Origin: Epiperipatus broadwayi
Lineage: Eukaryota > Animalia > Onychophora
Length of the DNA: 64,000 bases
Assembly: GCA_028023455.1 (NCBI GenBank)
Contig: JAQFVV010000005.1
Coordinates: forward strand, 930,001-994,000
Reading direction: 5' to 3'
A program made the position numbers and the translations under genes. The notes beneath the pieces were generated by a model. It was not told the DNA's origin. It saw nothing but the letters and a program-made list of their open reading frames with translations, and did not search any database. This document shows, one piece after another, positions 51,121 through 64,000 of the stretch (position 1 is the stretch's first letter; each line of letters begins with the position of its first letter).

Positions 51121-54100
51121 TGTTAGCTATAACAAGAAATCTATTTCCAACTTTTGATGCTCTAATTTTATATTCATTTTGTAATTTTTATGATACGTTT
51201 GTATTTAATATTAATTATAATATATTAAGCCTTAAACCCTTATGTAGATTCCATTATTTTAGGACATCTTAGATTTTTTAATAATGACTTGCACCATATT
51301 GAAATAAATTTAATTATCTTATGTGATTAGACATGGTGATACTAATAGATTAGAGATCTAAATGTTACTGAATCAAGACTTGAATGTTAAACTCCTGAAC
51401 TAATCATCTTTTGTTTTGTAAGAATGAGATGTTAAACTTTTGATAGAAACATGTTTAGCTGTTGAGTTTTTTCATAAAGAGATATGAATTGAAATTTTTT
51501 TTTTAACTATTTGATGGAAAAGTCACATTTAATATTAACTGTAGACTATTATGTAAAAATTATAAAACCTTTAAACTGTATTAAAGAGCCTATTAGAAGG
51601 AAAATGTATGAAACACATTAAGTACAACAAACATAATTGTATAATTTATCAATTGGTTTAACTAATAATTGGCTAATGAAAAATTAATAGAAAATTATAT
51701 ACATGGTTTTTTTCTTTGTACATATTGTAGTATTGTTATAATTGGTGATAGTTAATTTTATATGTAAAAAAGATAGATGTTGCTATGTATTCAATGTAAA
51801 TTGAAGATTTAAAATCATTCCATCTCATTGATAAGAGCTAAAAAAAAATTTGCCAGAAAAAGCTTTTCTGTATTATTTTTATTATATATACATATATAAT
51901 TATTGCTGATATATAATTATATTTTATTTTATGTTAAGTGATTTATTTAAATGTATGAAAAAACAGCAATAATGGATTAAATTTCTTTCCAGTTTTGATA
52001 CTTAAAATGATACATTGTTTTAAGAAGATAGTTGAACTTGTAATATGAATCTTTATTAATAACAGATTTATTGTTTTAGCATTAATTAGCAAATTTTAAT
52101 AGGAATTGTTGAATCTTATAGATGCAAATGTTAAAATTTACTATTTATTTTATTAATATATATATGTGCTCTGCGCACAGATAATGAAGCTATTCAATGT
52201 ACGTAAAATTATCAAAGTTACTGCCAAGTGCTTTTGGGACAGTTTATAGTTTCATATTCATGGCGACTTGTATTTGGTTAAGAACTGTAATGTATTTTAT
52301 TGTGATTTTCATTTTACAGTTTTAACTGTCTACCAGTCTTTTTCAGAGTTTTGCCTTTTAACTAGTGAAATTATCTTAAAATTACTTTAATTAATTTTGT
52401 TCACATAGAAATGTGGTAAAGAATGAATATTTCTAACAATTTTATTTTCTTACTAACCTAAAACAAATTTTCCTTTCAAGTTTTTCAAAATATTAGTATT
52501 CATAACAATGAAGTCATCAGCAATTACTTTTTAATACATTGATTAGTGATATAATTATTTCTGGTTTTAAATAAACTTCGTATTCTCAGTGCAATGAAAA
52601 TTTTAGGTTTTTTTTTTTGATTTGAATATGCTTAATCACATATATCTCACTATATGAAATTGGAAAATTTCAATATACCTTACAGAATATTTTCTGAACA
52701 TTTTAAAAGTCAATATAAATATATTAGTATATAGAAAGTCAAAATAATAAAGCATTCAGATATGCAGATTTTAGCACATTCTTAATAAAGTCATAAGGTG
52801 ACTTCCAGTTAAAAAAAATTGGACCATCCATCTTCCATCATACACATTTTAGATGAAACTATCTTTGCCAGATAGAACTTTTTGAACATTGATCAATACA
52901 CTAGAACTCAAATCTTAATATTTAGAAAATTATGATATCTGCTGTCCTTATGGAATTAAGTAAATAAGAAAGAAATTGTCTGTTGTGGAGAATGTGTGCT
53001 TTATGTCATAATAGTGACTGAAAACACTGCAAATACATTTGTTTATGTCCGTTGCAATCGGTCAATATGCTTTCTAAAATTGAAGCTGATAGTTATGATA
53101 TTTTAATCAGAATTCACCTCTCACCTGCCTAATAGAATATTATTTCACTTGAAATAAAAATTTTGTGGAATAGGAATATGGTATCTTGTTTTTTTAGCTG
53201 GATTTTGACTTGTGACCGTATAGTTTTACATTTTTCAAGAATGCATTAAAATCTGGATTTTTGGTTGGTTATATATATATATGTGTATATATATATATAT
53301 TCTGTTTCTACTGAAAAATTGATGAATATTTTAAGAGAGTAATTGTATAGATAAAGAACATTACCATTAATCCAAACACTATGAATTCAAAAACTTCAAA
53401 TATTGTTTTGCTTTATTAATTTTAATTACTGCTATATAAAAATATGCTGATATAAATGTAAGCATATTTTGTATTTTAGTGTCACATTGTTATTATTAAA
53501 ATAAATTTATACAGTTTTAAAAAAAATATTTCAGTGTATATCAGCCATTGATAGTAAAATTAATATCTATTTAAATTTTCATCAGTTTGAATTTATAATA
53601 AAACGATTGTTGTTGAAATCCAAAAAATTCACAAATTCAAAAAAAGCACTGGAACCAAAAATTTTGGATTAAAGGTGGTCTACAGTGTATTATTATTTTT
53701 ATGGTTATTGTCTCATAGTTCAATGACTATTTTAAGACACCTGTGTACATTTTTTGAAAACAAAGGCAATAGATAGTAAAGAAGAGAGTTGCCATCTTAA
53801 CAAGTGTATTAATGTGAGATGGATTTATCACTATTTGATAGAATATATAGATTTAAACTGGGTAAAAAAATAATTTATAATTCTTAACATATCAAAAGAT
53901 GAAAACATTTTTTAAAAATCAATATATGAAAATTAGATCAAACTATCATTATGTCTGATAGATTATATAGATTTAAGTTTGATAAATAATTTATAACTTA
54001 TCATATCAAAAAATTAAGTCTGTGTACTGTGTATATATTTACTTTTTGATTGTCCAAATCTTGATTTATTATTTTAGTAAAAAATTTTAATTCTCAAAAA

Positions 54101-55305
54101 CCATTTTTATCGCTTCTTTTACTAAAAAAAAAAAAACTTTATAAGTAATCCTCATTTCTTGCCTCATTCTCTCTTTTTTTCTACTTCCTCTTTAGTCAAA
54201 CTAGTAAAGAAACTGGTTTCATGAGTCTCTCATGCCATTACTAATTGACACTCATTATGACAATGGGATTGTATATATGTGCAACTGCGTTTTCATTTTT
54301 TAATCATATATGTGCCAATTTAGATTCAAGTCTTTTTTACTTTTAATTGTCTGTCTTGCTTGTTATTTATTTTTCCGGGAGTGGAAACGGTTTTAAACAT
54401 TTATGAATTTTTACTAGAGATGATGATAATAAATTAACTTTTATTTTTTGTAAATTTTTATTCTTGCTTTCACTTCTTCATGAAATGTCTCATTCTATTC
54501 TAATCATCATTTCTCATTTTCTTCATAATCTTATTCACACTATCTTCTAATTTTAATGTAGTATTGCTTGTTTAATTTTTTTAAATTTTTTTATATGGAA
54601 ATCTGTTTTCCTTTATTCAGATGATTTTCTAAATCAGGTTGGCACTCCCATTCACTATGGGATTAATTTTGTAGTTTGCATATCTATTATGTAGATCATA
54701 CAGAGAATGTGGTGGATCTTGCCTAAACCAAACCAACAACCTCTTTATTTTGGATCTAATTTTACAGTTAGTATAATCACCATGTAATAGATAAATAATA
54801 CAGTGAATGTGATGATTTTTCTAAACTTAAATCAGTGACCCATTTTATATATTATTGAACTAATTTTGTAATTTGTATGTATAAAATGTAAAGCATACAA
54901 AGAACAACATGTGACTTGTCTAAATCAGATCAGCAATCTCTTTTCATTTTGTATTTAATTTTATATGACCATCATGTAATATGAAGATCATATAAATAAA
55001 AGAAAAAGTTTGATAAATGAAGTTTTGAACTTTGCACAAAATAAAATCTAAATGCTATTTTGATATTACAATACAAGTAAATGGTACAAATTACTGTTGA
55101 CAACATAATGGTAATATATCACACACATAATCTGAAAATTGTCTCAGATCAAGAAAAAAAATAACTGTCTTAAATATAAACACAAAAAGGAATTATTTAT
55201 TTTTAAAATTCTAGATTATTACTTTACAGTTAGTTATTTTTACTGGCTACCCTCAAATGTTTGTTACTCTTTCTGTGATTCGTGAATTATAAGTTGCTAA
55301 TTCTT

Positions 55306-55424
55306 GGTTTAAACTGTGTAAGATGCCATTTTTGTATATTCATTATCCAGTATATTTTTACTAATGGTTTAAACTGTTTAAGATGCCATTTTTGTATATT
55401 CATTATCCAGTATATTTTTACTAA
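55306..55424. repeat. ~60-bp tandem duplication
   Basis: tggtttaaactgt(g/t)taagatgccatttttgtatattcattatccagtatatttttactaa occurs twice. Confidence 0.95.
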
Positions 55425-55717
55425 TAGACATATTTTACAACTTTGATTCATATAATATAAATAAAGATATAAAATAAACCAGTCTTTTAAATAACATCCT
55501 CAGGGCGAGCATTTTGTCAAAGAGGAATAATGAAAGCAGTTCTCGCAAGGCTTGACATTTATGGGCTAATGAAAGCTTGATGCGTTTTTTATTTGATGGA
55601 AGATCAGCAAATACTGATCTATATTGTTTGTTAAAGCAAATTGTTTTTTGTCAATAGAGATAGTCGTTTTATTTATCTATGTTTGTATGTTCATCCATCT
55701 GTCATTCCATTCACATG

Positions 55718-56925
55718 CAGGGCTGGTCTGAAGTTACAGCAAAACAAACAAGGTGCTTGGGCAGCAAAAATTTGAGGATGGCATGTTGATTTTGAATATG
55801 GGTTTCTATTATCGTTTCCTCTGAATTTTTTTTTTTTTTAATAGTATAGATGTTGATACTTAAAACAGTTTATTCTTAAGCCATAAAAATATATTATTTT
55901 TTCAAAACAATCATGTTTAGTTAATTAAATGCTGTGCATTATATTTTTTCTATCAAAAATAAACTTATAAATTATGAGAATATTGTTATGAATCATAACT
56001 GATCAGTTTAAATTCACCAGACAGTTAGCACTAGATTACATTTTAATTTATTTTAGAAAATAAACAATGATAATAATATTGAAGTTTCGTTTTTTTAACA
56101 AACTGCAACAACTTCAGACCAAGACAGTTTAATTATGAATCTGAAGATAATGTTATTATTAATCTGAAGGAGAAATTCAAAATAGAATAGTTCTTTTACA
56201 TATTGGACATTGTTCACAGATCACAGCAGTAGAAGAAAGATTTTATCAATTAAATGATCATATTGATAAATTCAATTTTTTTATGTGACATTGGAAATTT
56301 AAATAAAAGCTTTACAAAACAACAGCTTCTCCAACACTACCAAGATTTGTATTTAGTTTTGAGTGATGAATACAGACTTTGATAACTTTGCGATGAATTG
56401 TTAGCTTCAAGGGATCATATCTCACACCAAACATGCAACTAATAAATATAATTGTAATTTATTGTAAAAAGTAATTTAGCGCTGAATGTTGCTGTGATCC
56501 TAATAATTTTTTTTAACAATATCTGTGTCAGCATCAGGAGAGAGAAGTTTCTCCAAATTGAAAATAATAAATTATTTGAGAAGTACAATTTATCAAAGTT
56601 AATTGTCAGGACTAGCTACAATTTCAATTGTCAAATAGCTAAAACTCTCAATTTTGCATAGCTATTGGTAGATTTTGCATCGAAGAAAACTAGATGTTTT
56701 TAAAATCTTTATTTTACTTTTTTATTTTTTAATTATATTTTCATATATATTTATACTTTATTCTTAAATAATATACACTTTTTTTTTTTCTAAATAAAAA
56801 AATTTGGAATCTACTTAGAGATCGTTTATTTCAGACAAATTTAGATAAAATTTTTCAAATTTTAATAATCTGATATAAGTACCAAAAGTTTGCTTGAAGC
56901 AGCTAACAAATTCAGGCCAGACCTG
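55718..56925 (+). mobile_element. hAT DNA transposon relic (internally deleted)
   Basis: TIRs CAGGGCTGGTCTGAA (55718) and the reverse complement of TTCAGGCCAGACCTG (ends 56925), 13/15. hAT dimerisation motif TISVSASGERSFSKLKIIK..LRST..LSGLA.ISI at 56516-56630. Flanking 8-mers ttcacatg / tttgcata may be a CpG-decayed TSD. Confidence 0.85.
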
Positions 56926-57754
56926 TTTGCATATTTGCCTTAATAATTAAGAAATGGTTATACTTGAAAGAAAAGTCTCAAATCTGGAAAAAATTTTTTT
57001 TTTTTATCTTGGCCTGAATTTGAATCCATTCATAGGCATTTAGTACATTGGATAAAGCACAGTTAATCTGATGACACTCTTGATTCCCTAATCTTTCTAT
57101 ATTAACAGTTTTGCCAGATTAGGAAGATGCAATAATAATATCAATAAAACATCTTCCCATGTCTTTAAATCATCACGTGAGCGAAAATTCTACAGATATT
57201 AGATATAAAATATTGCTAATAATAATAATTTTATTATTCACATATTCATTTACAGTATTTTTTCTTAATTAAACACTCAAATTATAACAAATTATCAGAA
57301 AAAAAGTATAGGAGAAAATTAATTTCCCTCCATAAGTGATACTATAACCTCATTTAAACAAAAGGTAAAAATTTCAAAATATAACCCTTTGGTTATATAT
57401 GTGATATGGAAAACATTGGTAATTCACAAATATCAATATTTGATGATAAAATTTGTAGATGAAAGAAAACTATGGATAGTGGAAGTTTTAAACATAGAAA
57501 ATTTCAAATTGTAATAAGGTTGGTTGCCTTTAAAGTGATGTAATGAAGTGGCAGTATTTAGAACTACAGTACATAAAACATTCAAAAAATGTTAGATATA
57601 AAAATTTTAAAATTTAGCAATTTTGTAGAATATTGAATTTTAAGGAATTATATATTAATGTCATAAAAACAGACTTATTTTGGACATTGACTTCAAATAA
57701 AGTTGTCAAAGAAAAAATAAATATAGAATGAAATTAGAATTTAATTGAATACAG

Positions 57755-59370
57755 TCATTATCATCATCATCATTTTAAAATATCGATCCACTGCAGATTG
57801 AAAGTCTCATCAAGTTTAATCCAATGTTTCCACTCCCTAGCCTCTCATCTCTACAACTTATCAAAAAATTTCATTATTTCATCCGGCCATCTCTTGTGTT
57901 ATCTCTTTCTAAGTTGTTTATAATCTCATGAGATTCAGTTTAAAACTTCAACTGTTTATCAAATCATCTCTTCTAGCAATATGATTAGCCATCTCCATTT
58001 CATTTCATTCTTTAGTATCACTGATGTTTTTTCTCTCACACATCTGATTTTTGATCTCTTGTTATTTCTAGCATGTGTCTCTCCACACTTCGTTGAGTAG
58101 CCTGAAGTCTCAGAATTTCTCTTCTATTAAGTATCCATGTTTTAAATCCATATATAAGAACTGACAAATATTCATTTTGACATATTTTCTTTTATTATGA
58201 AATTATTTCTACCAAAAGCCCATTCAAAGTTAATTCTATGATTAATTTCATCCATTATGTTTCTATCTGTATTAACAATCTAACCAAAGTATTTATAGTT
58301 ATTCATTTTGTGTAATTCATTATTATCAATCTTTTTCCATCTTCAATCTCCTGGATAATCCTTGATACTTGAATCGGCACTTATTCTATTATTTAATCAT
58401 TCACTTGTAAATTCCAATAGTATATCCTCTCCATTATTTGATCTATCTATTAATATTCCTCTTGAATAATACTCTGCATCTGATACATAACATCTGCTAC
58501 ATTTCTCCACTTTCATCCACACTTTTGAGTGTTTTCTTCTGTTCTTTTGTCTTGCTCTTTCTTTTACCATTGTTCAGGTAATATTTTGGAAAGCTTCCTG
58601 ACTGATTTAGTTCATTTTTTGTCTATTACTCTTGTCTGATTAACTTCCTTCATTTTAATCAACCTTTTTGATTGTTATATTATAGTTTTCTTATCTGCAT
58701 CTTCTGAGAAAATCCCTTGAATATTATTCTAGTCTCTGATTCATTATTTGCATAAAACAACTCTATCATCAAAATCTAAATGTTTGAAATAATCTTCATT
58801 TATTTCTTTTAGAACTTCCTATTTTAATCTATAAAATATTGTAACAATGCAGTAAAATGTTTTGGGGATATGAAATTGCCCTGTTATTTACCTTCATCAA
58901 TGTTAATCAATCTTCTTAAAATCTTCATCCAATTTAATGCTGCATTTTCAGAAATATTTGTCAGAATATGATAATAGCCTGGGTCTATAGCTTGATGATT
59001 CAATGCTTTAATCACTGTAGAAATATTTATGGAATTAAATATCTTTTTATAATTTACAAGCTTAATGGCAATTCTTATTTTTTAACCCTTTCTATGACTT
59101 CTCTCAATACTTGGATGAGATTTACTATACTAAAACCATTTTTAAATACAGTTTGTTCTTTTGGTTGGTTATAATTCAAAGGGATAAGTTATAATTATCT
59201 TAGCAAGGATATTGTATAGAATTGATAAAAGATAGGTTTGTAATTTCTAATATTTTTATCATCTTTCTTAAATATCAATATTACAACTATTATCTGATAC
59301 ATCTTTATTATAACTTTAGCAACAATTTGTCTATTTCTGCACCTGTTTCTTTTAAGATGTTGATTACATA
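57755..59370 (-). mobile_element. RTE family A 3' half, with another LINE fragment nested at ~58345-58680
   Basis: (ATC)n tail plus atccactgcagatt at ~57757-57800; body aligns with 33308-34740. Confidence 0.8.
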
Positions 59371-60305
59371 TTCCTTGCAGTGTTATATTTTTATTTCATG
59401 TGTTTTATTGTGGATATGAATTATTCCAACTCATTGTGAGATAAAAATTAAGATATTGATTTATTAAACATTATATATATGACTGATAAAATTCATACCT
59501 CTAAAACAAGTCAAAATCAAAACATAAATAGAAAATCATTGAGTGAATATGCAGGTGCTTAAATTTCTAACTTCTTTGACAATTGATAATGCCCATGAAA
59601 TACATGTACAGTGAAAGAGATTGGTCTGGGAAATTCTACACTGGACGATAGCACATGATTTAATTACAGGATTTGGAAGAGGGCATTCCAGGTCTGATTA
59701 GTTACAATTATATGCTAAAAATTGTCTTATTAATTAATCACTGCATGTGCTATTAAATGTCATAGTAAATGCATGTCTTTTTACTTGAAAAAACATTTTA
59801 AATATTGAAACACTTATATAAAGTAATAAATAGTTATAAAAATTGGAGTTGCAAAAACAATTGTTTTTTAATAAGCATTTAATATTTAAATGGTTTCCTG
59901 TTGATTTCACTTTTTTAAAATATATTGTTAAAATAGAGTTTGTTGTTTACTTTAATGACTTATTTTTAACTTTTGCTACAGTATAAAATTACTAATACTG
60001 TAGTTTTTCAAAAGTAAAAGAAAAATGCACAAATATATTTTAAAGTAAAATTAAGAATTGTAAGATAAAAATGAATAATGTTATTAACATAGATCACTAG
60101 AAAATTTGAAATTATAAGAATTTTATGAAATAGCAATAAATGGTTGGAGAAGTAAATTGGCCTAGATTTAAAATATGTAATAGAAATGAAGATGTTTGAT
60201 GAATGGACATATCAAGTACTTCTCATTGATGAAGACCCAAAAAGCAGAAAATATTTGGATGTCTAGTTGGTACTACCATCTGATATCCATTGATTACTCA
60301 TACTT

Positions 60306-60643
60306 GTTACTTTTGTATAAATCTCCTCATATACACTTTAGTGCAATTTTTATACAATTCTTCCTTTATCTTTCTAACAGTTTTGACTGTCCTTCAGTCT
60401 TCACCAGAACTACAACATTTAAACATATAATCATATAACCATTATTTTATATACATATTTTACATTATTATATGATTAAATGTTGTAGTTCTGATGAAGA
60501 CTGCAGGACAGTCGAAACTGTTAGAAAAATAAAGGAATTATATAAAAACTGCATTAAAGTGTATATAATATTTATAAAAAAGTAATGCACATGAATATAT
60601 GAAGAAAAATACAAAAAAAGTAAAGAAGATATAAGAATAATAA
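60306..60643. mobile_element. Penelope-type pseudo-LTR fold-back (no ORF) with a hammerhead-like core
   Basis: Inverted arms ~60306-60437 and ~60467-60586, similar to the 18161-18347 pLTR around the core. CTGATGA 60491-60497, A, GACTG cagga CAGTC, GAAA 60514-60517, CTG TT. Perfect 11-bp TSD tactcatactt at 60295-60305 and 60644-60654. Confidence 0.8.
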
Positions 60644-60799
60644 TACTCATACTTACATATAGGCTTTAAAATATTGTTCTATATTATTGTTAATATGAAT
60701 GATAATAAAGAAATTATACTAAAAATGGCAGTGCTAAGAAGATTTGTAGCTTTGTAATGGGGATTGAAGTTTATTTTGTGTTTCTTATTTATTTAATTA

Positions 60800-61800
60800 G
60801 AATATGATTTTTTTTTAAACATCATAAAGAAATCTATAAAGATTCCAAGTAGTAAATAGATAGACTAGTGGTTTTATTAACTTTTTTAGTTCTGCCACTT
60901 ATCTTCATAGACTGTAGTCATTGATTGTATGATTCATGAGTTGTGCTTTCTGTAGAAATTCTAACTAGTAAATAGATTAATGGCTTTATTGGCTTCAATT
61001 GTGCTAGTTTTCATAGATATGTTTGATTATGCCGACATAGATTAGAGGACAATTCCATTTATGAAGCAGATGAGCATATCATCTGTGGATGATTCTGAAT
61101 CTGTTTCCAGTAATATTCTGAAAAATTTAATCCTGTTGGTTCTATATTGAATCGGGGTGGGGGTGGGATATTATATGGAATCCCAAAAAGAGTCTATTGT
61201 TTACTTGATAATTCATCTGTTACTTGAAGAAATTCTAAGTTGAATATCCAGAAAGAGCATCTTGACTTGAAATAATTCTTAAGTAGTGAGTAGTCAATCT
61301 TATATACTTAACTTTTTATCCATTTTATATAAGGCTTTTTATATTTAGAAGAGAAATATGTGACCCCCTCCCCTCACGAAACCATTACACGGCAATAGAC
61401 TTGAATGTGGCAGGAATATTTCTCATGATAATATTTGAATATAATGGATATTTTTACAAGTACATATTCTTCAAACAGGTAACAGTATTATCTGTAGATT
61501 CATTGAAAATAGGTTTATGAAATACTCATCAAATTTTGTTTGAATCAGAAGTTTGGTTGATTAGAGAAAGAGGAAAAAAGAAAGATTAGAGGCTTTAGAG
61601 ATGGGGGATTTGTAGAGATTAAAGAAGATAAGTTGTAAGAATAGGATATAAAAGTTAGAAATGTTGAAAATTAGTGAAAAAATGAAAGATGAATTTTAAA
61701 AAATGGAAGAGAAATTGAATGGACATTGTAGAGACCCATTAATGTCTATTGTGATGGTAATCATCAATAAATTATTATTGAATATAATGTTTTAACTTTT
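60800..61800 (-). mobile_element. Highly decayed L1/Tx1-like RT fragment
   Basis: Minus-strand remnants resembling Q.GF..R.I.DN, QG..LS..FNL and TDDMLI (~61070-61095), in the expected order. Confidence 0.35.
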
Positions 61801-63543
61801 AATAAACTAATATTGTAGTTCAAGTAAAATATTTTGTCATATAATTTGATCAAGTTGCAGATTGAAGAGCCAAAGGTTCTTGTGTTGAATTCCCATTGAG
61901 AAAATAGTGTTACTTCACTTAACAGTCTATTATATTGACGTTTAACAATGAGTCATCTTTGAAACAGTTAACCATATAATGAATAAAAAAATGATAGAAT
62001 ATATTTTATTTTAAAAGTTTTTTTGAATAGAAATGTCATTTCAATTGAGTTTTGAAATGTCATTGATTGATATAAGTATTAGTGGTGAATTCAGATAAAA
62101 AAAAAAAATCATATTTTTTAATGTACCCATGAATTTCTTTGTCTTTTCCTTCACTGTCTCTCATTGGAGTTATTATCCTTGATCTGTAGTGGTCTACTTA
62201 AGGGCTTTTGTATTTTTCTCTTACATTTTTATCTTATATACATTATATTTGAAAGTAGAAATTAATCTTTATTTCTGCTTGTTAGTTTTGTTGTTGTTGT
62301 TGTTGCAAAACAATTAGCTATTAATGAAATGGGTTTTTTTGGGGGGAGGGGGGATCTTTAAAAAAATCATTTAATTAAAATTTATCATAGACAAAAATTA
62401 GAAATTAGCTCCCTTGTTTATGTGAGTAGATTACATCTGTTCATGGTGTTGAATTTGTAATTTTATTTTAGAGGAAATATTTGTAATTTTATTTTAGAGG
62501 AAATATTTGTGTTTCTTGATATATATATGTGAGGTTAAAAAAAATAAAAGCCTTAGACTGCTACAGGAAAATGACTTTTCTAGCATATTTTCACAAAAAA
62601 ACCATCTGAAGTGCATTACTTTCAGGCTAGTCAATTTTTGATTGGTGAAAATACCACAATAATCTGTAAATAACTGGCTTATGTTATGGACTTTGTGAAA
62701 AAAAAATTAAGCTTGCTTAGATATTTTCAGTTACCCAAAAAAACTTCCAAATCCTCCCAATTAAGAAATTTTTCTTTAAGAAGATTAAAAATTATGGTCA
62801 AATCACTATTTTCTTTTTTAAAAAAATCTTAATCAAAAAAACCATTTTGATTATTGTTCCCAATATTTCAACGCTTTATTGTCTTTTTTTTAAGGGTGCA
62901 AATAATATAAAACTGGAAAGAAAATATTAGGTGTAAATTAATGGGGGGGGGGTGATATTAAAATTTTCAGAAGTATAAATGATACATGTTACATACAATT
63001 TTTTTTTTTTAAAATTAGTATATTAAAAAGCAACTTAGTTTATTCTTTTTTTACAGAAAAAAAAAAAATCTTTAAAATAATTAAAATTTTTTAAAAACAT
63101 TACCATGATTTATATTTTTCCAAACCATTTTCTCTTTTAAATTTAATGCCTATTATTAAAACTTCCAATAAATTAAAAATCCAATCACTCATTATCTACA
63201 TATACAATTTTTTTTTAATTCTATAAAATAAGCAATTGTTAATAAATATTAAAATAAAATTATTTCTGATAAAGATGTGGATGTGAATACATGAATAAAA
63301 GCAGCTATCTTCTATAACTAAATGAATAATAATGAAGCTTCAGATGGCTTTAAAGAATGGATTATCTAAAAGATAATCTAGAGTCTAAACAACGTAAATT
63401 CCATTGTTCATTTAAAAAAGAATAAGCAGGATTAAAATACTTGTCTTTAGCAATTACTTACCTCTCAATAAGAAGGAAGTATGATCAAATTACTGAAAGA
63501 ATAGGTTAAGCAAACCATATTAGAAGTGCTAATATCAGTGATA

Positions 63544-63625
63544 ACCAATAAAATATCACATGATCACCATTTCCTATGCTTACACAATCTGTTATAAACT
63601 GTACAGAGAATTTGCTACTGTTAAT
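63544..63625. mobile_element. Minimal retrozyme-like fold-back (terminal arms only)
   Basis: Antisense accaataaaatatcacatgatcacc..gttataaac plus sense tgtacagagaatttgctactgttaa. TSD tatcagtgata (63533-63543) / tatcaatgata (63626-63636). Confidence 0.7.
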
Positions 63626-63766
63626 TATCAATGATAGTTAATTAGCAGTGAAGAGAAATAGTCTTGATTTAATATTTTTGGTTTTGTCCATTAGGAAAGA
63701 TTTTTGTTTGCCAAACCATATCTTCACTATTTTTTTAAGTCTTTCTATTCATTTACTTTATTTTAG

Positions 63767-63809
63767 ACTCTTAGAATTATTATGCAGTACTATTTTTCTA
63801 TGCATTTCG
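63767..63809 (+). other. Candidate 43-nt coding exon of an unidentified host gene
   Basis: Long pyrimidine tract plus ttttag acceptor and CG|gtgagt donor. Open in two frames (TLRIIMQYYFSMHF or LLELLCSTIFLCIS). Confidence 0.35.
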
Positions 63810-64000
63810 GTGAGTTAAAGCATGTATATACATGCATTATCTGGGAAAGACTGAATGCATATTGTTCATGCAATTTTCAGCATGTTGCCAAGAATTACCC
63901 TACTATTCCAGTATGCAGTAATCAGGTATTTTTTTTTATAGTGATAAAAGACATCAAGCCTACTGCAATTTATAAATGGATGTTAGTATAACAAAAATAA

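Overview
AT-rich, CpG-depleted eukaryotic (metazoan-like) DNA made mostly of decayed mobile elements; no intact protein-coding gene can be supported. It holds two RTE-clade LINE families in many nested copies, other LINE relics, tRNA-derived SINEs, a solo LTR, a hAT relic and MITE-like palindromes. The standout is a set of hammerhead-ribozyme (HHR) retroelements from three families. (1) A non-coding ~445-456 bp retrozyme-like monomer occurs at 11 loci and carries a type I HHR (CUGAUGA...GAAA CUAG UC). (2) Penelope-like element (PLE) remnants include a GIY-YIG endonuclease fragment and HHR-like cores. (3) A third HHR element has a Pol III B-box-like motif. Eleven insertions across the three families share one architecture: antisense arm left, sense arm right, the two RNA 3' ends pointing outward and staggered by ~35-60 nt; most are flanked by 10-17 bp AT-rich target-site duplications (TSDs). 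This suggests the retrozymes are mobilised in trans by Penelope machinery through two-point priming. All alignments and folds were done by eye.
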